A DNA stretch of 64,000 nt from Candidatus Scatovivens sp. (lineage in GTDB: Bacteria > Bacillota > Clostridia > TANB77 > CAG-508). Below the pieces are notes generated by a model, which ran no database searches, was not told the origin of the DNA, and saw nothing but the letters and a program-made list of their open reading frames with translations. Numbering within the stretch: the stretch's first letter is position 1; the number at the start of each line of letters is the position of its first letter. This document shows positions 57,655-64,000 of the stretch, piece by piece. The DNA is taken from assembly GCA_045646345.1 (NCBI GenBank), contig JAZRKN010000014.1, forward strand, positions 1 through 64,000, given 5' to 3'. A program made the translations under genes and the position numbers.

Positions 57655-60048
57655 ATGTCTTATATTATCAACCAGACAGCACTCAAGGTTCATTATCAGG
57701 AAGCAGCACGGGCCTTGTTTAACAAGGAATTAAATCAGCTTAATCCTCATGAACTGAATGCTGTCATCGCACGCGTGGTGAAAACACAAGCAATTTCGCC
57801 TAGCTGGGAAAACTCTCAGGAGCTTTATTCCCAGCAGAGAATTGCAGTGTATTTCTCCATTGAATTCCTCATCGGCCGTATCGTACTCGATGCACTTACT
57901 AATACTGGCCTGATGAAAGTTACCAGAAAGATCTTTGAGGAAGAAGGTATCGACATTCACTGCTTAGAGGAAGTTGAAGATCCGTCTTTGGGTAATGGTG
58001 GACTTGGCCGCCTTGCGGCATGTTTTATCGAGTCTGCTGCTACTTTGGGTCTGCCTCTTTATGGTGTTGGTCTTTACTACAAGTATGGTCTGTTCAAACA
58101 GGTCTTCGACGAAAGAGGCTATCAGCAGGCACAGCCTGACGTCTGGGATGAAAATCACGAATCCTGGTTTGAGCCTAACTACGAAGACGCAGTAATCGTT
58201 GAATATCAAGATACCAAGGTAAGAGCGGTTCCTTATGTTATGCCTGTTATTGGCTATAACTCCAGCCGTGAATCCTTCCAGGGTCATGTGTTCCCGTTTA
58301 CTGCTTGGAAAGCAGAACCTATCGAAGGTGTAACAAATGGTTCTGCGGCAGCAATCTCTGATTGGCTGTACCCGAGTGACGAGAACGATGATGGTAAGAT
58401 TCTGCGTATGCGCCAGGAATATTTCTTTGTGAGCGCAGAATTGCAGAGAATCTTCAAGCATCATTTGGAAAAGCATGGTACTCTCGATAATATCGAAGAT
58501 TACTATTTCTTCCAGATGAACGACACCCATCCGGTGTTTGGTTGCTTGGAGTTCATCAGACTTCTCGAAAACCACGGCTATTCTTTTGACCAGGCTTTCG
58601 AAAAGGCACAGAAGTGTTTCGCGTATACGAACCACACGATCATGCCTGAAGCTCTGGAAAAATGGGACAGAATCATGTTCAAGAATCTCCTGCCTGATCT
58701 TCATGCTGTGATTAATGACATCAATAAGAGACTCATTGATGAGTTGTCTTCTAAGGACGAATTCTGCAAAGTCAGATACGAAAATGGAAGCTATATCAAT
58801 GAGCCTGATTGGGAGAAAATTAATCCTTATGAAATCTTCCAGGATGGTAAAATCCACATGAGCCGCATCGCATGCTACGTTGGATGCAAGATTAATGGTG
58901 TTGCTAAGGTTCATACCGACATCATTATGAAGAGCGTTCTTTCCAACTGGTATGAGCTCTACCCTTGGAAGTTTACCAATAAGACCAATGGCGTTACTCC
59001 GAGACGTTGGATCAAGCTTGCTAACCACGATCTTGCCAATTTCTTGGACAAGTATCTCGGTAAGGATTGGACTGTAGACATGTCCTTGCTTGCTGAACTT
59101 GAACAGTACAAGAACGATCCAGCTGTACTTGCTGAGTTTGCAGGAGTTAAGCGAATTGCTAAGCAGCATCTTGCGGACGAAATCTTCAAGCGCGAAGGTA
59201 TCCGCATTGATCCTGATAGTATCTTTGACTGTCAGGTAAAGAGAATCCATGAGTATAAGCGTCAGCTTATGAATGCTATGAGAATTCTCTATATCTATGA
59301 TCAGCTTAAGAAAGGCAATTTGCCTAATTTCTACAAGACCACTTTCATCATTGGTGGTAAAGCAGCGATGTCCTATAAGAAGGCAATCAGAATTATTGCT
59401 CTGATTAAGGACATTCAGAACCTTGTTAACAATGATCCGGCAGTAAATGACAAGATGAAGGTTGTGTTCCTCACAAACTTCAATGTCAGCTATGCAGAGA
59501 AGATTTATGCTGCGGCTAACTTCTCTGAACAGATTAGTACTGCTGGTACTGAAGCATCCGGCACTGGTAACATGAAATTCATGATGAACGGTGCACCTAC
59601 TATCGGTACCTGGGACGGTGCCAACATCGAAATCATTCAGGCATCTGGTAGAAAGAGTAACTACGAGTTTGGTGCTAAGGTGGAACAGCTCAGAGCAATC
59701 AGAGATGATTACAGACATAATCCTGGTCGCTATATTAAGCCTGAGATGTACGCAATTTTGCGTTATCTTAAGGACAGAACAGCACTTAAGGATGAGTACT
59801 GGGATCTGTACAACACCTTGAACCTGGCTCCTGAAGACAACTACTATGTTATGCTTGACCTCGAGGCGTATATCAATACTACCTTGAGAGCAAATGCAGA
59901 TTATGCTGAAGAGCAGCGTACTGGCGATTTGTCTCGCCATACCAGAAAGGCTCTGAAGAATACTGCAAAATCTGGCATCTTCTCTTCTGACAGAACGATT
60001 CAGGAATATTCTGATGAAATCTGGCATTTGGAACCTGTAGCGCAGTAA
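57655..60048 (+). CDS. glgP: Glycogen/starch/alpha-glucan phosphorylase
   Basis: LGNGGLGRLAACF, RQEYFF, MNDTHP, TNGVTPRRW, KRIHEYKRQ, EASGTGNMKF; RBS AAAGGAG before ATG 57655; GC-richer than flanks. Confidence 0.95.
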   Translation: MSYIINQTALKVHYQEAARALFNKELNQLNPHELNAVIARVVKTQAISPSWENSQELYSQQRIAVYFSIEFLIGRIVLDALTNTGLMKVTRKIFEEEGIDIHCLEEVEDPSLGNGGLGRLAACFIESAATLGLPLYGVGLYYKYGLFKQVFDERGYQQAQPDVWDENHESWFEPNYEDAVIVEYQDTKVRAVPYVMPVIGYNSSRESFQGHVFPFTAWKAEPIEGVTNGSAAAISDWLYPSDENDDGKILRMRQEYFFVSAELQRIFKHHLEKHGTLDNIEDYYFFQMNDTHPVFGCLEFIRLLENHGYSFDQAFEKAQKCFAYTNHTIMPEALEKWDRIMFKNLLPDLHAVINDINKRLIDELSSKDEFCKVRYENGSYINEPDWEKINPYEIFQDGKIHMSRIACYVGCKINGVAKVHTDIIMKSVLSNWYELYPWKFTNKTNGVTPRRWIKLANHDLANFLDKYLGKDWTVDMSLLAELEQYKNDPAVLAEFAGVKRIAKQHLADEIFKREGIRIDPDSIFDCQVKRIHEYKRQLMNAMRILYIYDQLKKGNLPNFYKTTFIIGGKAAMSYKKAIRIIALIKDIQNLVNNDPAVNDKMKVVFLTNFNVSYAEKIYAAANFSEQISTAGTEASGTGNMKFMMNGAPTIGTWDGANIEIIQASGRKSNYEFGAKVEQLRAIRDDYRHNPGRYIKPEMYAILRYLKDRTALKDEYWDLYNTLNLAPEDNYYVMLDLEAYINTTLRANADYAEEQRTGDLSRHTRKALKNTAKSGIFSSDRTIQEYSDEIWHLEPVAQ

Positions 60049-60187
60049 CAAAACGTAACCAAAAGACATAAGAACAGACCCTGGGGCAATGCTCCAGGGT
60101 CTTTGTAATGCTACAAAACTTTACATTTTACATAAAATGTGTTATAATTCCATAGATAAAAAATATAGAAAGGGCGTGCATATTTAC

Positions 60188-60613
60188 ATGAAAGAGTTTT
60201 TCAAATTTATGCGGCACACACAATTGTTAAATTGGAAGATTGTGGTATATTCGTGCAAAGAATTATCATGCATTTTCAAAGGAGATGAACTTAAGCCGAG
60301 TTTTTCTCCGGATGTGATTTCAGAGTATATGGAAGCTCTGTCAAAAGGTGATAAGTTGAAACCTTTACCAATGGGGGCGTATGAATATGACTGCTGTGTT
60401 GAATATCTGAAAAAGATAAGACGCAAGCTTTTTGAATCCAGAGAAAAGTTCAAAGAAATAGTTATCGTTTTTGATGAGCTTAACAGATATCATATGGCTA
60501 CACCACCGTTAGAAGACTGTTTGTTTAAAGTAGCAAATGAAGTCGGTTATGAGGTAACTGAAGAGAAAATTCTTGATGACAGATCGGAATATACTTTGGT
60601 AAGTATTTTTTAA
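60188..60613 (+). CDS. Hypothetical protein
   Basis: TGnTATAAT promoter at ~60140, purine-rich RBS, ATG 60188; the longer ORF call starts inside the glgP terminator. Confidence 0.65.
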   Translation: MKEFFKFMRHTQLLNWKIVVYSCKELSCIFKGDELKPSFSPDVISEYMEALSKGDKLKPLPMGAYEYDCCVEYLKKIRRKLFESREKFKEIVIVFDELNRYHMATPPLEDCLFKVANEVGYEVTEEKILDDRSEYTLVSIF

Positions 60614-60647
60614 GACAAAAGAATAAGGCTAAAAAAAGAGCGGAATC

Positions 60648-61157
60648 CTAAGCAGGATTACCGCTTTTTTCTTTTGAATTAATATATTTAATATATGCAA
60701 TTAAATTACTTAAAATTGTAATAACTCTCATTATTAAAACAATGTATAAACCTGTACAAACGTTATATATACCCCAAGCAAAGTTTGCTATTATATTTCC
60801 GACTCTTATTTTTTGTGTGGTTTCATAAAACCATAAATACCAACAAGTATAGCATGGAATCAAAACAGATAAGAATTGGATTGGTGATTCGATAGTAAAG
60901 AAACCTATTAAAAGTTGTATGATAATTGCAAGATATGGAACAATATTTGTTTTAAATTTGTCTTTATAAATATATATTAATGATCTTACAACAATTACAA
61001 TATATATTAAAGATGTTGTTAAGTCATTATTAAAGAAGTACATTAAAAATTGTGCTAGATTAAGTAAAAATGTAGCAATATAAATTCTTTTTTTCTTTTC
61101 AGTAAAAGCTATATAAGTATTAACTAAAACTGAAATTATTTGCATTAAATCAACCAT
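60648..61157 (-). CDS. YgjV-family inner membrane protein
   Basis: Hydrophobic 169 aa; KKK.I...IR..N.....WGIYN pattern. Confidence 0.75.
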   Translation of the reverse strand: MVDLMQIISVLVNTYIAFTEKKKRIYIATFLLNLAQFLMYFFNNDLTTSLIYIVIVVRSLIYIYKDKFKTNIVPYLAIIIQLLIGFFTIESPIQFLSVLIPCYTCWYLWFYETTQKIRVGNIIANFAWGIYNVCTGLYIVLIMRVITILSNLIAYIKYINSKEKSGNPA

Positions 61158-61310
61158 TGTTTTTTCCTTTGAATTTTTTGAAAAATTTTGAAGTATTCAT
61201 ATTATATATAATTTTTATATTTTAGTAAATGATTTAATGAAGAATATAAAAAGAAGCCCCGCTCTTGCGAGCGGGGGAAATGTTAGGATTCAGTTGCTTC
61301 CTAAAAGGAG

Positions 61311-61946
61311 TTAGGCGAGCTGATAAGTTTCAGCAAATTCGTCTCGTCCAACACGATAAATACCTTCGTGAGTAACGATCAGATAATCGCCTACGTAGAT
61401 GGCAGTAGCCTCTGCGTTTCCATTTTCGTCAGTCTTCATCCATTCATCCACACAGTGTGTGATTCCAGCGGCTGCCATTTCCATGGTAACTTCGATACAG
61501 ACGCGATCTTCGGCAGCAGTTGTGACAAGCATAAGATCTCTCTTGGTATCAGCAAACTTGCTGGCAAGAAGAGTCTTTTCTTCCATATCGGGAATACTGT
61601 CCAGTACTTCTGCTAAAGAAATCAAGCCCATAGCTGAATTGGTACCGATAGGACGAACGTCCTTAGCCTTTTCCAGCTTATCGAATTTCCAACAGTAGCA
61701 GTCTGGGCGACCACTGATCAAAACTTTACCGCCGATGATGCGGAGCACAGTCTGAAAGACAGCTTCATCATAGATGTTGCCAGTAGGCTGCTCTTTAGTC
61801 TTCAGACACTGCCTGAAAATTAGACCGTCTAGGCCCATATCGCTCCACTTAGGATATACGATATTTCTGAGTTCGAGTTTGATGCATGGTCGTTGAACGC
61901 CGGCTGCGAGGATTTTCTGGGTGGTTTCTTTTTTGTTTAACTTCAT
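61311..61946 (-). CDS. Hypothetical protein, GC-richer solo gene (PGDYG-like C-terminus)
   Basis: RBS AAGGAGG; C-terminal VGDYLIV...IYRVGRDEFAETY; terminator ccccgctc/gagcgggg. Confidence 0.7.
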   Translation of the reverse strand: MKLNKKETTQKILAAGVQRPCIKLELRNIVYPKWSDMGLDGLIFRQCLKTKEQPTGNIYDEAVFQTVLRIIGGKVLISGRPDCYCWKFDKLEKAKDVRPIGTNSAMGLISLAEVLDSIPDMEEKTLLASKFADTKRDLMLVTTAAEDRVCIEVTMEMAAAGITHCVDEWMKTDENGNAEATAIYVGDYLIVTHEGIYRVGRDEFAETYQLA

Positions 61947-62235
61947 GATGTCCCTCCTTAAGATGTGGTTAAAGCCTACGAATATATTATATCATATTAG
62001 TATAGTTAATTCAATTATGTAAACAAAAAATGAGGGTTATAATGAATTAGATGAAAGTGAAAAATATGTAAATATATTATAATTAAAGCTGATGAACTTG
62101 TTTAAAGAATCTTTGTTTTTTTATATAAGGTTTACGATAATTATTGACAGTCAACTTTAATTGTGATAAAATCCGCATGCAGCAAGTGTGCTGTAAAACC
62201 ATTCTGTATAATTATACGAATAGGAGGTAATCACA

Positions 62236-63411
62236 ATGAATGGGAATCGGAAACCAGGAGTGATTTCGAGAGGAATCAAAACTCCAATCATCCAGCCGGG
62301 TGACGACTTGGTAAAAATTGTCGTAGACTCGGTTATCGCAACTGTGGGAAAAGATGGGATTCAGGATAAAGATGTTGTTGCTGTTACTGAAGCGGTTGTG
62401 GCTATTAGCCAGAACAATATCGTTTCGCAAGCAACTGTCACCAAAGACCTGGAAACCAAGTTCGCAGGAGCAACATCTATCGCGGTCGTTGACCCGATTC
62501 AGAGTAGAAACCGTTTTATGGCTATTCTGAAGGCTGTAGCTGCTATGTCTAACATTACTAATATCTACGTTGTCATGTCTTATCCGACTGACGAAGTAGG
62601 TAACCGTCTGGTATCTGACGAAGTTATCATGGAAAGTGGTGTAAACCCGTACACCGATCTTCTTACCGAAGAAGAATTTTATGCAAGACTTGGTGTTCCT
62701 TGCCATGAATTTACTGGTCAGAACTACCTGAAAATGTACAAAGAAATCTGTGGCGAAAAAGGTCATATCATTCTTTGTAACGACCTTTCCAAGGTTCCTG
62801 GCATCTGTGGAGACATTCTTCTTTGCAACATCCATAAGAGAGTCGCAAAGAAAAAGCTTCTCAAGAAATATGGTGCCACAAGAGTTCTTGATATGTCTGA
62901 AATCATGAACAATCCTGTTGATGGAAGCGCCTACAACGAGATGTACGGTTTGTATGGAAGCAACATCCAGGATGGAGATGAGCTCAAGCTGATGCCTTAT
63001 GGCTGTGACGAGTTTGTCTATGCTGTTCAGGCAGAGTTCAAGGCAAGAACGGGCAAGCATATTGAAGCCATGGTGTATGGCGATGGAGCTTTCAAAGACC
63101 CTGTTGGTGGTATTTGGGAGCTTGCAGATCCTACTACTACACCTGGTGCAACACGTGGCCTTGATGGAACCCCTGAAGAGGTTAAGTTGAAGTATATCGC
63201 AAGCGAACACAAGGATAAGTCTCCTGAAGAAATTGAGGCAATCGTTGCTCAAAAGAAGGCCGAGAGATTGGCTGCTAAAAATTTGGCAGAGAACAATTCT
63301 CTTGGAACTACTCCGAGACAGATTACTGATCTTCTGGCTTCTCTGGCTGATCTTACAAGCGGTAGTGGTGACAGACAAACACCTGTCATCCTTGTTCAAA
63401 ATTACCTGTAA
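62236..63411 (+). CDS. Coenzyme F420-0:L-glutamate ligase (CofE)-like protein, Firmicutes type
   Basis: [52 protein letters not shown]...DLTSGSGD; promoter TTGACA-17-TAAAAT. Confidence 0.85.
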   Translation: MNGNRKPGVISRGIKTPIIQPGDDLVKIVVDSVIATVGKDGIQDKDVVAVTEAVVAISQNNIVSQATVTKDLETKFAGATSIAVVDPIQSRNRFMAILKAVAAMSNITNIYVVMSYPTDEVGNRLVSDEVIMESGVNPYTDLLTEEEFYARLGVPCHEFTGQNYLKMYKEICGEKGHIILCNDLSKVPGICGDILLCNIHKRVAKKKLLKKYGATRVLDMSEIMNNPVDGSAYNEMYGLYGSNIQDGDELKLMPYGCDEFVYAVQAEFKARTGKHIEAMVYGDGAFKDPVGGIWELADPTTTPGATRGLDGTPEEVKLKYIASEHKDKSPEEIEAIVAQKKAERLAAKNLAENNSLGTTPRQITDLLASLADLTSGSGDRQTPVILVQNYL

Positions 63412-63553
63412 TTTAAGAAATTTTCACATGAAAAGTTCTGGCTAAGGGGCATACCACAAGGTGTGCCTTTTAGTTTTTTTATAAAAATATGAAATAAAAA
63501 ACCTCGTAATTTTTACGAGGTTTAATTTGACTAAAGTTATTTTATAGAGTGAT

Positions 63554-64000
63554 TTATTTAATTTCTAATTTTTGTTCTTCTTTTTCTTCGTCTTCAGATT
63601 CTTTTATTTGTGGAAATATAAATCTTATTTCACTATCATAAAGTTGTAATTTATAAAGACGTTCCGTTCTTTTTGCAGCATTGTTAAGCATTAAAGATTC
63701 AAACATTTCCCAAAGAGCAACCCAACCTGCAATAGAAAAGAATTCTACTAAAAATTGAGTAACCTTTTCATGTAAGGCAAATGATAATAACATAAAGATT
63801 AATCCTAAAAAGAATAAAGATATACATCTTCTATTAGCAACATTTATGTCATAATCTCTATCATCTATTTCCATACCATAGTTATTTTTTATAACTTTTT
63901 TAATTCTTAATTGTTGTTCTTCTGAAATTTCAGGACAATGAATTTCAAGAACAATTGGATATTTTAATGGAATGATATATGCGATTTCTTCAATGTAATC
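63554..64000 (-). CDS. Hypothetical membrane protein, 3' part (continues beyond the window)
   Basis: The frame is open from the window end (DYIEEIAYIIPLKYP...); two TM segments; IAGWVALWE motif. Confidence 0.8.
   Translation of the reverse strand, partial: DYIEEIAYIIPLKYPIVLEIHCPEISEEQQLRIKKVIKNNYGMEIDDRDYDINVANRRCISLFFLGLIFMLLSFALHEKVTQFLVEFFSIAGWVALWEMFESLMLNNAAKRTERLYKLQLYDSEIRFIFPQIKESEDEEKEEQKLEIK

Noticed and set aside
57964-60069. 701-aa antisense ORF overlapping glgP
   Set aside because: It is a shadow of glgP. That gene's codon bias avoids TTA/CTA/TCA, which removes antisense stops. No RBS or recognisable motif.
62212-63399. 395-aa antisense ORF over the CofE-like gene (also 30904-31605 over the 30961 gene)
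   Set aside because: Same codon-bias shadow effect. Promoter, RBS and terminator all support the plus-strand genes.

Overview
This is a very AT-rich chromosomal window of a spore-forming Bacillota (Clostridia-like) genome, starting next to the origin region (3' end of recF, gyrB, gyrA). It carries housekeeping and sporulation genes (dnaD/dnaC-like pair, pcrA, tex, murA, spoIIR, coaD, pit/DUF47, ABC-F, HtrA, VanW, SpoVK-like ATPase, a UDPGP-phosphomutase fusion) and three tRNAs (Lys, Glu, Thr). Between them sit many self-contained orphan or GC-richer solo genes. I found no CRISPR array, transposase, integrase or prophage. Four signals stand out. (1) A ~430-nt ORF-less, highly structured RNA candidate on the minus strand between gyrB and gyrA, with an 18-bp terminal helix, a sigmaG-like promoter and its own terminator. 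(2) Two tandem paralogous modules at 22.7-23.9 kb, each a ~100-aa orphan gene plus a convergent promoter-driven small RNA whose sequence co-varies with its own gene's 5' leader. (3) A recurring design in which the 5' leader of an orphan gene is complementary to its own 3' trailer, often just after a boxA-like TTGAAAATTG motif. (4) Two split genes that both rejoin by a +1 shift at or near an in-frame CGG codon. All functional interpretations are inferences from reading the sequence by eye; no searches or folding programs were run.
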